From NCBI GenBank assembly GCA_965649225.1, contig CBFGJX010000006.1:32001-96000 (forward strand): DNA of 64,000 nt, read 5' to 3'. The notes beneath the pieces are model-generated. The model did no database searches. It saw nothing but the letters and a program-made list of their open reading frames with translations, and had not been told where the DNA came from. Source of the DNA: a candidate division WOR-3 bacterium. Lineage in GTDB: Bacteria; Hydrothermota; Tepidihabitantia; Tepidihabitantales; Tepidihabitantaceae. A program made the position numbers and the translations under genes. The first letter of the stretch is position 1. The number at the start of each line of letters is the position of its first letter. This document shows positions 1-12,482 of the stretch, piece after piece.

Positions 1-63
1 CGAGTCGGGCGAAAACCAAGCCCGGCAGCAGACAAAACCAGACGGCTGTCCAAGCGTCGAACT

Positions 64-1002
64 TCACGTTCGCCGCAAAACCGAAGGCAGACGGAAATCG
101 GCCCAGACTGGAGCGTGGTCGGAACGGGGATAGCCCTGACCGGGCTCCCAACGGGTCCGTACCGCCGCCTCGATCAGCTGGTTTTCGGCGCCAGCGGCAA
201 TCATGCAGAGCGAAAGCCGCTGACTGACGAGGATGTGGTCGATCAACTCACGCCGACCGCGCCGGACGTAAGAGAAAGCTCGCTCAACCGGTAGTTTCCA
301 CGATGCTGGTAGCAGCCGTCGCCGTTCGCCGACAACACCCTCGCCATCCTCTTCGCCCAGACCGGTCACAAAGCTGACAGTAAGCGACTCCGGACCGGCA
401 TTGTAGTCACCGGCAACCGCGAAGTGATCGGCGAAACCTGAGTCCATCAGTTCATCCAGCAGCAACCGCAACCCGGCAGCCTCCATCAATCGGATCGCAG
501 CCGAAACCGCCCGACCGAGAACATGCTGCTGGCGCGCGGACACGTCCGGCAGAAAGCAACCGGATTCTGCCCGACGTGACTTCAGATGAACTCCAAGGAC
601 GAACAGGGTTTCGTCATTGGGCAGCCGCAATTTCGCCCAGGGCATCGGGCGGCGGAACGGCGTCCGCATCAGCTTCCCAGGCTCGGCGACACTGGTGGTG
701 GTGTACTCAAGCCACTGTCCGGCACAAAGCACCGGCAGTCTTGTCAATATTCCAACCTGTATACGGCGCTGTTCAGCCGGAGGATCCGCAAGGTGGTAAG
801 TCGGATAGCCGAGTCGCTCAACAAGTTCGCGGAAACTCTCGGGCTCGCGGACCTCATTTACAACAACTACATCGCCGTCAAGACGCTCAAGGACATCTGC
901 CAAGTAGTCCAGCTTTGACTCGTAGACACCGGCGTTGGGATTGTCTTCGCGGCCAAAATTATGCAGGTTGAATGAAACGATCCGGAAGGGGTGGCTCGAC
1001 AA
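64..1002 (-). CDS. Endonuclease/exonuclease/phosphatase (EEP) family protein
   Basis: N-terminal SFNLHN, NEV, HLKS, GDYN, IDHILVS and C-terminal SDHAPV motifs. Confidence 0.85.
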   Translation of the reverse strand: MSSHPFRIVSFNLHNFGREDNPNAGVYESKLDYLADVLERLDGDVVVVNEVREPESFRELVERLGYPTYHLADPPAEQRRIQVGILTRLPVLCAGQWLEYTTTSVAEPGKLMRTPFRRPMPWAKLRLPNDETLFVLGVHLKSRRAESGCFLPDVSARQQHVLGRAVSAAIRLMEAAGLRLLLDELMDSGFADHFAVAGDYNAGPESLTVSFVTGLGEEDGEGVVGERRRLLPASWKLPVERAFSYVRRGRRELIDHILVSQRLSLCMIAAGAENQLIEAAVRTRWEPGQGYPRSDHAPVWADFRLPSVLRRT

Positions 1003-1046
1003 CGTCCTGCTCTCCAGCTAACTCTATCGTCAGATTCGCTGCCCTG

Positions 1047-1409
1047 TCAAGAAGCGCTGCCGGCGCGACCGCGTCGCACCAGAACCAGCTCCTTTCGACT
1101 CTTGTCCGGTTGATAGAATCTCACTACCGGCAGCAGACGATCCGCAAAAAGCAGGAGAATACCAAGACCGAGCACCACCCGTCTGAGCCACAGGAAACCA
1201 ACGCTTTCCCAGGCCGCTATGCGGAACGGATTGGCCCAGAGCAATACTGCGCCTGCCAGAATCAGATAGACGGCAATGTTCGCCCCGGTACGCAACCGGT
1301 CAAACAGTCTGACCCGTGATTCAACACCCGGGTCGGCGACGACAATCTCATCAGCACCAGCCTTGACCGCAGCCTGCAGCTCCTGCATCGAGTGAACCGT
1401 TGTGGTCAT
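1047..1409 (-). CDS. Hypothetical membrane protein (2 predicted TM segments)
   Basis: 120-aa ORF; ATGA overlap with thyX stop; two hydrophobic stretches. Confidence 0.65.
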   Translation of the reverse strand: MTTTVHSMQELQAAVKAGADEIVVADPGVESRVRLFDRLRTGANIAVYLILAGAVLLWANPFRIAAWESVGFLWLRRVVLGLGILLLFADRLLPVVRFYQPDKSRKELVLVRRGRAGSAS

Positions 1410-2965
1410 TTTTTCGCTCCGGAGGTACTGTCTGATGATGTCGTTCGCCGCGTTGCCCTGATTGACCGCGGGCCGGGCAACTTCAGCTCCACTACCGCCG
1501 GCGGGTGCCCGTACAACTCGGTATACAGCCTCGGGTACTCATCCTTCCCCCCAGCCAGCAACAATGCCAGCGGCATAACGTGACGGGCCTGTTCGACCAT
1601 CCGCCCGACAACATCGCGGATGTCCCACTGGGCAGAGCGGTCTTCACGCAGCCGTGACAGATGATACATCTCACGGGCGTTCAATGTTACCACTAACCGC
1701 CGCTGGTGTGAATTGGTCAGCACGTACTGCGCCGCAGCACCACTGATTGTCGCCAGCTTGTCATAGACTTCCTCAGTACGCAACAGCAGGTCCTTGAACG
1801 TTTTATGCTCCTTGATGTCGGCAATGGAATTGGGAATCGTCCAGCCCTGATCGGGATTGTAAGACTGCGCTGTGATCGTCAACAGCCGGTGCCGTTTGAG
1901 CTGAGCAAAACACGACGCCGAAACGACGAGTTCGAATGTCAACGACAGATGTTCGAACTCCCGCAGTACCGCATCATAAGCCTGCAGGTCCTGACAGATC
2001 AGCTTGAAAATCTCCTTCTTGCGGGCAAGCGTCTGACGTTCGACCCGGGCAAGGCATTCAGCATAAGAAGCACGCGAGACAGTATGCATTACCGCTGCCA
2101 GCAGTTTATTGTCGGCATTCTGGGTATAATCAACCAGCTGGACGTCCGACGCCGACAGGGCAATGAAATTACGCGGACGCCGGGTGAAAGCCGGCATCAT
2201 GAAGGAAGCAGCGTATTCCCGCACCCGCGGGTAGGTCTTGCGTTCGTAGTCTGTCGGCCCCAGAAACACCAGCAGTGACGGTGCGACGGCGGCAACCTCG
2301 CGATAAAGCTCATCGCCCAGAGCCCGGGCCTCCCGCAGGTCTGACGCCGCCAGCCGGCGCAGCAACAGCTCGAGATTGCGCGCGTTGATTGTCATGCCAA
2401 GCTGGGTCGCCGCCGACAATCCGACAATATAGCGCGCGTCCTCCTTCGCCATGTTCCTTATCCGCGTCTCATCGGCAGACAATTCCGGATGGCGCGAACG
2501 GAAATAGGGCAGCAGCTTCTCGTACAGCTCGTGGTAATAACTGATCTGTGCCTTCGCCACCGACAGGAACTCATCACGGTAGTCGGATTCGGCAATCTCC
2601 GGCGGCACGACGACGTTACCGTCGCAATCAACATAACGCTGGGACCGCTCGGTGTAGGAATTCAGCCGGTGGTGCTCCAGAGCCTCAGCGACGAGCCGCG
2701 AAATGCCGACTACGTCAAAGTTGAACACGGCATGCTCGGCAATCGAGTGGTGTCCCATGCCAAACACGATCGTCAAGTTCGAACGACGTGCCTGCTCGAG
2801 CTCGCGGCGCGCTTCACGTCTGAGGTCCTCGGTGCTCAGCTCCGACCGGCTGATGCGGGCGTAAGCCGCAGCGATAGTCTCAGGTGTCGGCACTACCCGC
2901 TTGTTTTTCGTCATTGTCCGGAGCAGATCGTGCTCGACGTTGAATCCGGCCAGCGTTACCTTCAT
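1406..2965 (-). CDS. thyX: FAD-dependent thymidylate synthase with two tandem ThyX domains
   Basis: GHHSIAEH, HHRLNSYTERSQRY, EDARY, NARNL in domain 1; RHRLLTITAQS, NAREMYH, AQWDIR in domain 2; start moved to ATG 2965 from promoter position. Confidence 0.88.
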   Translation of the reverse strand: MKVTLAGFNVEHDLLRTMTKNKRVVPTPETIAAAYARISRSELSTEDLRREARRELEQARRSNLTIVFGMGHHSIAEHAVFNFDVVGISRLVAEALEHHRLNSYTERSQRYVDCDGNVVVPPEIAESDYRDEFLSVAKAQISYYHELYEKLLPYFRSRHPELSADETRIRNMAKEDARYIVGLSAATQLGMTINARNLELLLRRLAASDLREARALGDELYREVAAVAPSLLVFLGPTDYERKTYPRVREYAASFMMPAFTRRPRNFIALSASDVQLVDYTQNADNKLLAAVMHTVSRASYAECLARVERQTLARKKEIFKLICQDLQAYDAVLREFEHLSLTFELVVSASCFAQLKRHRLLTITAQSYNPDQGWTIPNSIADIKEHKTFKDLLLRTEEVYDKLATISGAAAQYVLTNSHQRRLVVTLNAREMYHLSRLREDRSAQWDIRDVVGRMVEQARHVMPLALLLAGGKDEYPRLYTELYGHPPAVVELKLPGPRSIRATRRTTSSDSTSGAKK

Positions 2966-2972
2966 GTTGGCA

Positions 2973-3000
2973 AGCATATTGTGCACCCCGAGCAAGTCAA
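2973..3000 (-). promoter_or_regulatory. Sigma70-type promoter of thyX (predicted leaderless)
   Basis: TTGACT-N16-TATGCT, 7 nt before ATG; -35 contains the DUF72 TGA stop. Confidence 0.65.
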
Positions 3001-3869
3001 GCGACCGGGAACGCTGCGTCAACCACGGCCTGCTGAACTGGCGACAGTTGCTCAACCAGCCCAAGCATCCGCTTGATCATGAGCGCATTGCGGGCGGCGG
3101 CTCCGGCATGACAATTGTTGAAGAAAACGAAACCGCCGGCAGCTTTGCTGAGTTCTTTTATCGCCGGAACAAAACCGGCCAGTTCATCGTGGCGATAGAG
3201 GTAATTGTAGCGTTCCGCCCGCCCTGCCGTGAACCAGTTCGGATTGCGCCCGTGCAATCGGAAGTAGGCTGGTCCGACAGTGCGTCGCGGTTCGAAAGGG
3301 ACAAGCCGGGGCAAGGGTGGTTCATCAACCACACAATAGCCCAGCCCGGCATGGGACAGCAACTCGAAAGTCTGAGGCTTCAGCCAGGCCCGATTCCTAA
3401 ACTCAACTACCAACTGCACATCGGGCAATAGTTCCGCGAGCCGACGAACGTACTCGTAATTGGCAGGTGTCGGCCAGAAAAAAGACGGCAGCTGCACGAG
3501 CACAGCGCCCAGCCGCTTGGCGTCAACTAAGGGAGCAATCCCCTGCCGGAAAGTCCCGAACTCCAGACTGGTGTCTTTCAGTACCCGGCGTTGGCTGTCC
3601 GCCCAGATGTCGTGCGTCATTGATCTGTGAGAGCGTACAACAAACCTGAAGCCGGGGCTCGTACGATTAACCATCGCGGCAAGCGTCCGGGCAACGGGCA
3701 TGGTATAGTAGGTGAAGTTCAACTCGACCGCATTGAACCCCAGGACCGACTCGTAGTACTCAAGCATGCGACCCCGAGGAAGTCCAACCGGATACACCCG
3801 GCCGTACCAGTCTTGAAACGAGAAACCGCTCGTGCCGACCAGAATACTGGCCGGACTGTCCGATGCCAC
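2997..3869 (-). CDS. DUF72 family protein
   Basis: GTSGF..W.G.VYP, AVELNFTYY, VEFRN..W, YFRLHGRN, RYNYLY, FFNN motifs; start moved to GTG 3869. Confidence 0.88.
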   Translation of the reverse strand: MASDSPASILVGTSGFSFQDWYGRVYPVGLPRGRMLEYYESVLGFNAVELNFTYYTMPVARTLAAMVNRTSPGFRFVVRSHRSMTHDIWADSQRRVLKDTSLEFGTFRQGIAPLVDAKRLGAVLVQLPSFFWPTPANYEYVRRLAELLPDVQLVVEFRNRAWLKPQTFELLSHAGLGYCVVDEPPLPRLVPFEPRRTVGPAYFRLHGRNPNWFTAGRAERYNYLYRHDELAGFVPAIKELSKAAGGFVFFNNCHAGAAARNALMIKRMLGLVEQLSPVQQAVVDAAFPVA

Positions 3870-3874
3870 GTCCG

Positions 3875-3902
3875 AGCATAAACCACAGGACGTCAGCGTC
3901 AA
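3875..3902 (-). promoter_or_regulatory. Promoter of DUF72 gene (predicted leaderless)
   Basis: TTGACG-N16-TATGCT, 5 nt before GTG. Confidence 0.6.
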
Positions 3903-3922
3903 ACAAATAATACTGTTAATGG

Positions 3923-4013
3923 AAGTGCCTTGTGACAAAATGGCGGGGCGGGACTTTGTCACGCCGTAGGTGAGCGTGGCGAAAGCCCCGACCCCTAGTC
4001 AACACTCTCGAAC
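3923..4013 (-). ncRNA. Candidate structured small RNA or regulatory leader
   Basis: Long imperfect hairpin at 3945-3995 directly downstream of a consensus promoter; no recognisable family. Confidence 0.3.
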
Positions 4014-4019
4014 ACAAAA

Positions 4020-4048
4020 ATTATAGCAGAAAATCGCCGCAAGGTCAA
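4020..4048 (-). promoter_or_regulatory. Near-consensus promoter with extended -10
   Basis: TTGACC-N17-TATAAT with TGn before the -10. Confidence 0.7.
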
Positions 4049-4159
4049 AAGAGACGGTCCGCTTGTACGACGGAAGGAGAACAGTTTCTGCGGCGATGAA
4101 AAAGGTAACGACAAAGCCGCACCAAACCGAACGGATTCTTATGGAGCCCCGGTCAGGAA

Positions 4160-6366
<2,207 letters not shown>

Positions 6367-6385
6367 CAGTTGCTCTTCTCTGTTC

Positions 6386-6459
6386 TACCCCTGAGGCGAT
6401 TCGAACGCCTGACCTGCGGTTTAGGAAACCGCCGCTCTATCCTGCTGAGCTACAGGGGC
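6386..6459 (-). tRNA. tRNA-Arg(CCT)
   Basis: Cloverleaf: GCCCCTG/CAGGGGT acceptor, GCGGT-TTCCTAA-ACCGC anticodon arm, TTCGAAT T-loop; CCA not encoded. Confidence 0.95.
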
Positions 6460-6469
6460 CTTGTCGGTC

Positions 6470-6497
6470 ATTGTAAACCCTGTCCCGACCGAGTCAA
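6470..6497 (-). promoter_or_regulatory. Promoter of tRNA-Arg
   Basis: TTGACT-N16-TACAAT; -35 contains the ATPase TGA stop. Confidence 0.7.
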
Positions 6498-9244
6498 GCC
6501 GGCCGGTTTGCCTGGCGCCGACCGGCCAGCCGGCGACCGAGCTTCGCCAATTCAGTCGCCCAGAAAACGACCGTACTGGCCGCCAGGCAAATGCCTAGCT
6601 CGACCGGCGAGAGTGGCTTCGTATAGAAAACTCGCTGCAGGAAAGGAACATAGGTAACCAGCAGCTGCAGTACGAGTGTCAGCAGAACCGCCACGGCCAG
6701 CAGCCGGTTGTTCTTTCTTCCACGCGCGAAAAAGGAATCGTGTTCCGAGCGCATCGCCAGAACGTTACCCATCTGGCTCAGCGTCAAAGTCGTAAACACC
6801 ATCGTCTGCCACGGCCCATCCGGATTGGCCAGCCAGGCGGTAAACCCTATCGCCAGCGAAACTAGCCCCATCAATAGGCCAACCCAGACAACATCCACCG
6901 CCAGACCCCGGCCAAAGATGTTCTCGGCCGGATGGCGCGGCGGCCGCCGCATCGTATCCCGCTCGGCCGGTTCCACCGTCAACGCCAGTCCGGGCAGGCC
7001 GTCGGTAACAAGATTTACCCAGAGAATCTGCACCGGCAGCAATGCCATCGGCATACCGAGAAAAGGTGACAACAGCATGACCCAGATTTCACCGGCATTG
7101 GACGTCAGAGTGTACTTGAGAAACTTGCGGATATTGTCGTAGATGACACGTCCTTCCTCGACCGCCGCAACAATCGTGGCGAAGTTATCGTCAAGCAGAA
7201 CCATGTCAGCAGCCTCCTTGGAAACGTCGGTGCCGGTTATGCCCATCGCGACACCAATATCGGCCCGCCGCAGCGCCGGAGCATCGTTAACACCATCACC
7301 GGTCATTGCTACAACATGGCCGCGTTGCTGTAGTGCTTCAACAATCGCCAGTTTCTGCTCCGGTGCCACGCGGGCGTACACCGATGCTTCCTCAACGAGC
7401 TCGGTCAGTTGCTCCCGCTCTCGTGCTGCCAGATCACTGCCGGTCAGCACCCTGTCCTCGACTCCGGCAATTCCCAGCTTCACCGCAATCGCACGGGCTG
7501 TCAAAGGATGGTCGCCGGTGATCATCAACGGCCTGACGCCGGCCGCGCGGCAGGTCTCGACAGCCGCTCTTGCCTCCGGTCGTGCCGGGTCAATCATCGC
7601 CACCAGACCGACAAATACCAGCCCCCCGGAGCGATCTGCCTCGGTGACATCAGAATCAGGGCTCAACGGCTGGATACCGATACCCAGAACCCGCATACCA
7701 CTGCGGGCGAGCTCATCCTGCGCCGCCTCAATCCGCCGACGCATCGCATCGGTCATTGGCACGATGCATCGTCCGTCCAGCGCCTGTGTCGAGTGCTCCA
7801 GCAGAGCATCAACCGCACCTTTGGTAATTGCCGCGACCGGCGGGTTCAGCCCGACTGCTGCCAGCGCAGCACCGAGCCGGCCGCCAACCATGTGCATCGT
7901 TGTCATCCGCCGTCGCTCCGGGCTGAAAGGCACCTCCGCCAGTCGGGGCGACTGCTTTTCAAGCTCAGGCTTAGGCAGCCCGAAGCGTGCTGCCGCCACC
8001 ACCAATGCACCTTCAGTCGGATCGCCAATTGCCCGATGTCGACCATCCGACCCGACTTCCAGCTGCGCATCGTTACACAATGCCCCACCGGCCAGCACAA
8101 TCTGCAACCCGGGCAAATCTACAGTTGCAGCCGCCAGCTCGTCAGCCGTCGTCTCCGGCGTAACCTCTACCCGGTGTCCCGCTACATCAAGCACGGTGAC
8201 GGTCATCCGGTTCTCGGTCAACGTGCCGGTCTTGTCCGAGCAAATCACGTCAACCGACCCTAGCGTCTCGACTGCCGGTAGTTTTCGCATCAGTGCCCGA
8301 CGCCCAAGCATCCGTTGTGCACCAAGTGCCAGGGCAATGGTAATGACGGCCGGCAGCGCCTCCGGCACTGCCGCGACCGCCATACTGATCGCCGTGAGCA
8401 CGAGCGTGCGGACACCGGCCGCACGACTGAGCAAGCCAACGACAAAGACGACAGCAACGAGACCGACTACTGCCAGCAGCAGCCCCCGGCTGAGCTGAGC
8501 CATCCGGCGCTGCAACGGGGTCGGTTCCCGGTCAACCGACTGCAGCAGATCGGCAATACGCCCGAGTTCGGTTCTCATCCCGGTTTCTGTCACTACCAGC
8601 AGCCCGCGACCGGCAACGACCGCTGTCCCCATGTACGCCATGTTACGGCGATCACCCAGCGCAGTATCGCCTTCGGTCATCGCCTCCACGGTCTTGTCCA
8701 CCGGCTCCGATTCGCCGGTCAATGCCGCTTCCTGTATCCGCAGATTCACTGCTTCAAGCAACCGACCGTCGGCCGGCACAAGACAACCGGCCTCAAGCAG
8801 CACGATGTCGCCGGGTACGAGTTCGTGTGCCGGCAGCTCGGTAATCCGGCCGGATCGCAACACCCGCACCAGAGGAACGGCGAGCCGTCTCAGCGCCTGC
8901 AATGCCCGCTCAGCCCGGAATTCCTGAAAAAAACCCAGCACCGCGTTCAGGACGACGATGGCAAATATCACTCCCGCATCGGTGTACTCACCGAGCAGCA
9001 ACGAGACGATTCCAGCACCCACGAGCAGCAGTACCATCGCCGACAACAACTGGTCACGGATGATCGCCCAGGCAGTACGGCCACCCCGGTCAATCAGCGC
9101 ATTCGGGCCGAACTGCCGCAGACGTTCACGAACTTCTTCCGGTTCAAGTCCACCTGCCCGACTGGCCAGTTCAGCCAGCGTCGCTTCGCCCGAAAGCAGA
9201 TGCCAGCGGGCCGCTGGCGTGGGCCGGTTTTCGATTTGTTTCAC
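6494..9244 (-). CDS. Cation-translocating P-type ATPase (P2A, Ca2+-type)
   Basis: TGES, AVPEALP, DKTGTLT, KGA, TGDH, TGDGVNDAPAL, NLVTDG motifs. Confidence 0.95.
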   Translation of the reverse strand: MKQIENRPTPAARWHLLSGEATLAELASRAGGLEPEEVRERLRQFGPNALIDRGGRTAWAIIRDQLLSAMVLLLVGAGIVSLLLGEYTDAGVIFAIVVLNAVLGFFQEFRAERALQALRRLAVPLVRVLRSGRITELPAHELVPGDIVLLEAGCLVPADGRLLEAVNLRIQEAALTGESEPVDKTVEAMTEGDTALGDRRNMAYMGTAVVAGRGLLVVTETGMRTELGRIADLLQSVDREPTPLQRRMAQLSRGLLLAVVGLVAVVFVVGLLSRAAGVRTLVLTAISMAVAAVPEALPAVITIALALGAQRMLGRRALMRKLPAVETLGSVDVICSDKTGTLTENRMTVTVLDVAGHRVEVTPETTADELAAATVDLPGLQIVLAGGALCNDAQLEVGSDGRHRAIGDPTEGALVVAAARFGLPKPELEKQSPRLAEVPFSPERRRMTTMHMVGGRLGAALAAVGLNPPVAAITKGAVDALLEHSTQALDGRCIVPMTDAMRRRIEAAQDELARSGMRVLGIGIQPLSPDSDVTEADRSGGLVFVGLVAMIDPARPEARAAVETCRAAGVRPLMITGDHPLTARAIAVKLGIAGVEDRVLTGSDLAAREREQLTELVEEASVYARVAPEQKLAIVEALQQRGHVVAMTGDGVNDAPALRRADIGVAMGITGTDVSKEAADMVLLDDNFATIVAAVEEGRVIYDNIRKFLKYTLTSNAGEIWVMLLSPFLGMPMALLPVQILWVNLVTDGLPGLALTVEPAERDTMRRPPRHPAENIFGRGLAVDVVWVGLLMGLVSLAIGFTAWLANPDGPWQTMVFTTLTLSQMGNVLAMRSEHDSFFARGRKNNRLLAVAVLLTLVLQLLVTYVPFLQRVFYTKPLSPVELGICLAASTVVFWATELAKLGRRLAGRRQANRPA

Positions 9245-9265
9245 GCTGTCGGGACAGCGGGCAGG

Positions 9266-10180
9266 CTACTCTTTTGGCGCGGCAGAACCTGTTGACTGGT
9301 CGCGCAGCGCCTCAGCGACAACCGCCAGCGCGCCGACGATGCCCGAGGCCTCGTATGGGACAAAAAGCTTCGTCGCCTTGCCGTCGGCCATGCGAGTCAG
9401 AGCCTCCAGATACTTGATGGCGATCAGGTCCTTGGTCGGATTGCCATTGTGAATCGCGGCAAATACGCGCTCGATTGCCTGCGCCTCACCTTCGGCGACG
9501 GTCAGCAGCTTGAACTTTTCGGCCGTGGCGACCCGCTCGATCGCCTCCGCCTGTCCGGTCGCCTCCAGCACCCGCGCCTGTCGTTCGCCGTCAGCCTTGA
9601 GAATCTGGGCCTGCTTGATGCCCTCGGCCTCCAGGACGGCGGCACGACGGTCGCGCTCGGCCTTCATCTGCCGATGCATTGCCTGCGTGACATCATCGGG
9701 CGGCTCAATCCGCTGCAGTTCAACCCGCGTTACCTTTGCCCCCCATTTGTCAGTTGCCTCATCCAGCACATCACGCAGTCTCATGTTGATGCGCTCCCGT
9801 GATGTCAACGATTCATCGAGGCTGAGGTCACCAATCACATTACGAAGATTGGTCTGGGCGAGCTTGATCGTTGCCAGCCGGAACTGGGCAACGTTGTAAA
9901 GCACCTTGACCGGGTCGGTAACCTCGTAGTAGATAATCGCATCCACCGTCACCGTGGCGTTGTCCTTGGTAATAACTTCCTGGGGCGGCACATCGACGAC
10001 CTGTTCCCGCATATCGACCTTGATCATGCGTTCGATAAACGGCAGGATGAAATTCAAACCCGGCTGAAGGGTCCGCTGGTATCGCCCCAGTCGTTCAACG
10101 CACGCGCGTTCATAGGGACGGACAATCTTGATCCCCAGCAGGGCAAGAAAAAACACGAAAACCAGTATCGCAATGACCAT
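9266..10180 (-). CDS. SPFH/band 7 domain protein (QmcA-like)
   Basis: [35 protein letters not shown]; start moved to ATG 10180. Confidence 0.92.
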   Translation of the reverse strand: MVIAILVFVFFLALLGIKIVRPYERACVERLGRYQRTLQPGLNFILPFIERMIKVDMREQVVDVPPQEVITKDNATVTVDAIIYYEVTDPVKVLYNVAQFRLATIKLAQTNLRNVIGDLSLDESLTSRERINMRLRDVLDEATDKWGAKVTRVELQRIEPPDDVTQAMHRQMKAERDRRAAVLEAEGIKQAQILKADGERQARVLEATGQAEAIERVATAEKFKLLTVAEGEAQAIERVFAAIHNGNPTKDLIAIKYLEALTRMADGKATKLFVPYEASGIVGALAVVAEALRDQSTGSAAPKE

Positions 10181-10620
10181 CACTGGCTCCTTTCCTCGAG
10201 CGGTTCGACTATCAACCGGGTACCGCTGACCGCCGTCACGATGACCTCGGTACCGGCGGCGATCGGTTTTTGGGACTCGGCACGCCATTCCTCGCCCAGC
10301 ACTTTGACTCTGCCGGTTTCGGGCGGTCGGATATCAACTGTAACGATACCCCGGGCCTGCTGCATCCGGTTGGCGCCCACCGGTTCCGGTTCCGGCTTGG
10401 TTATCCGCCGGGCAATCTGCTGAGAAAGCACCACCAGCAGTCCGGACACAACGACAAAAACCCCGAGCTGAACCCAGGGATCGTGCAGGAACAACGCCGC
10501 CAGGCCGGCGGCGATTGCCCCGACTCCAAACCAGACGATAACGAATCCGGGAACCACCATTTCCAGCACCACCAGTGCCAGACCGATGATGAACCAGAGA
10601 GTTGGTGTCATTCGCTCCAC
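10180..10620 (-). CDS. NfeD family protein
   Basis: N-terminal TMs (LEMVVPGF), C-terminal [14 protein letters not shown]-fold; typical partner of SPFH genes; AAGGAG RBS. Confidence 0.9.
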   Translation of the reverse strand: MERMTPTLWFIIGLALVVLEMVVPGFVIVWFGVGAIAAGLAALFLHDPWVQLGVFVVVSGLLVVLSQQIARRITKPEPEPVGANRMQQARGIVTVDIRPPETGRVKVLGEEWRAESQKPIAAGTEVIVTAVSGTRLIVEPLEERSQ

Positions 10621-10650
10621 GCTTACTCCTTAGCCCGACTCAGGCGGCTG

Positions 10651-10678
10651 ATGATGACCCGACCACGGCTGAAGTCAA
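10651..10678 (-). promoter_or_regulatory. Candidate promoter of nfeD-SPFH-ATPase operon
   Basis: TTGACT-N16-CATCAT; -35 contains the thpR TGA stop. Confidence 0.5.
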
Positions 10679-11250
10679 GCCCTGTCACCGGTCAAGGGAA
10701 AATTCCCCAGGGCGGTGTACTCCGGGCCTTCTGGCCGCAAGACACTCCGGAACAACGTCACTCGTTCAACCGTGAAGCTGCTGCTGGTAAACCGCTGCCC
10801 GACCAGGCTTCGGACATCGGCCGGCGACCGCAGCCGGCCCAAAGTCAGATGCGGACTGAATGGCCGCCGCTCGGGAACGTAACCGATTTTCTGCAGCGAC
10901 TTGCTCAACAAACGCTGCAGGGCACTCAGCTCGGAACGGCCTTCATCGAGTCCGGTCCAGACTACTCTGGCCCGTTCCGGGCTTGGAAACGCCCCCAGTC
11001 CTTCCAGCCGGCAGGCAAAGGGCACAACTGCTGCCACTGTGGCTGCAGCGAGTTCGCCGGCACGACTAACCGTCATCTCCGGCAGCTCACCCAGAAAAAC
11101 CAAAGTCAGATGCATGATTTCCGGTTTCACCCAGCGCACGACCGTACCGGACTGACGGCGCAGGTCAACCAGCAATCCTGCCAGTTCTTGCCGGACAACT
11201 GCCGGAATCTCCACCGCCACAAAAACCCGCCAGCAGTTCATCGCCGACAA
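10675..11250 (-). CDS. thpR: RNA 2',3'-cyclic phosphodiesterase (2H family)
   Basis: Two HxT motifs (MHLTLVFLG, PHLTLGR) and RVFVAV N-terminus. Confidence 0.92.
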   Translation of the reverse strand: MSAMNCWRVFVAVEIPAVVRQELAGLLVDLRRQSGTVVRWVKPEIMHLTLVFLGELPEMTVSRAGELAAATVAAVVPFACRLEGLGAFPSPERARVVWTGLDEGRSELSALQRLLSKSLQKIGYVPERRPFSPHLTLGRLRSPADVRSLVGQRFTSSSFTVERVTLFRSVLRPEGPEYTALGNFPLTGDRA

Positions 11251-12482
11251 TCCGCAATCACCCGTCGAAGCAAATCCAGCGCGGCGGCGGCGCTGCGCTC
11301 TTTGACCATTCGCCGATTGCCGTTGTGCAGCCAGCGTTCCGTCCGCACCCGTCCTCGCCAGCAGACAGCCAGCCAGACCAGCCCGATGGGTTTGGTTTTC
11401 GAGCCACCGGTCGGACCGGCAATACCAGTGGTCGCCACTGCCACATCAGAGTTCAGCACTCGACACGCTCCCCGCGCCATCTGGGCAGCAACGGTCCGGC
11501 TGACGGCGCCGTAACGCCGCAGCGATTCAGCCCTCACCCCGAGCACCTGTTTCTTGACATCATTCGAATAGGCAATCAGTCCGCCCCGGAAGTAGCGGGA
11601 ACTGCCGGCAACATCGGTCAACCGGTCAGCAACCAGCCCGCCGGTGCAGGATTCAGCCGTTCCGACCGTCAGCCCGAGACGACCGAGGTTGTCGCCGACG
11701 ACCTCCTCGAGCCGACGTTCCCCGATTTCGTAGACACTGCTGGTCAGACGCCGTGCGATTGCGGCCGCACACCGCCGCACCCTCGCCTTGTCGGTGCCAC
11801 TCAAGACGATGTCAACCCCGCTCGTCGCCGGATACCACCCGGCGACAACTCCGTGCTGTCGCCGGATGAGCGGAGCGAGCTGTTGTGCCAGCACTGACTC
11901 GGGCCGGCCGGTGGTTCGGACAACAATTCGGTGCTGCGGCCTGAGCCCGAGATGGAAAGAAATCCGCTGAATTGCTGTGGGCAGAATGCTCTCAAGCTCT
12001 TCCGGGACTCCGGGCAGCAACAGAACTGTCTTGCCACTCAGACCAAGCATCATCCCCGGTGCCATTCCGACCGGATTCACAAACACTTCTGCGCCCGCAA
12101 CAATCCGGGCCTGCCGCGCCGCAATGGCCGGCATCCTGACACCCCGGCGCCGGAAGAGTTTTTGCACCCGGGCAAGGGTCGGCCGGTGGACAACAACCGG
12201 CCGTTCCAGTGCTGCCGCCACCGCATCAACCGTCCGGTCGTCATCGGTCGGCCCGAGCCCGCCGGAAACAATCACCACCTGCGAACGCCCCAGTGCCGCC
12301 TTCAACTCCGCCCCGATTGCCTTGTAGTCGTCGGGCAGATGTGTCGTCCGTCGCAGCCGTAGCCCTCGTTCGGCCAGAACTCGACCGACGAAAGCACTGT
12401 TGGTATCGGCGGTACGCCCATTCAGGAGCTCATCGCCGACTGCCAGCATTTCAACCGGCGGCGACTTCCGACTCTCAGGCAT
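11238..12482 (-). CDS. cinA: CinA competence/damage-inducible protein (MoCF domain plus NMN deamidase)
   Basis: GDELL.G..DTN, GGLGPTDDD.T, LPGVP.E, AESCTGG, GAVS, TGIAGP motifs. Confidence 0.93.
   Translation of the reverse strand: MPESRKSPPVEMLAVGDELLNGRTADTNSAFVGRVLAERGLRLRRTTHLPDDYKAIGAELKAALGRSQVVIVSGGLGPTDDDRTVDAVAAALERPVVVHRPTLARVQKLFRRRGVRMPAIAARQARIVAGAEVFVNPVGMAPGMMLGLSGKTVLLLPGVPEELESILPTAIQRISFHLGLRPQHRIVVRTTGRPESVLAQQLAPLIRRQHGVVAGWYPATSGVDIVLSGTDKARVRRCAAAIARRLTSSVYEIGERRLEEVVGDNLGRLGLTVGTAESCTGGLVADRLTDVAGSSRYFRGGLIAYSNDVKKQVLGVRAESLRRYGAVSRTVAAQMARGACRVLNSDVAVATTGIAGPTGGSKTKPIGLVWLAVCWRGRVRTERWLHNGNRRMVKERSAAAALDLLRRVIADCRR

Noticed and set aside
3995..4015. Six-codon minus-strand mini-ORF (MFESVD) as a leader peptide
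   Set aside because: Too short, only 4 nt from the -10 box, and no regulatory codon pattern
7143..8498. Long antisense ORFs (also 35801-37213, 33694-34893, 10270-11514, 45750-46898 and others)
   Set aside because: Shadow ORFs opposite well-supported genes in GC-rich DNA; no motifs
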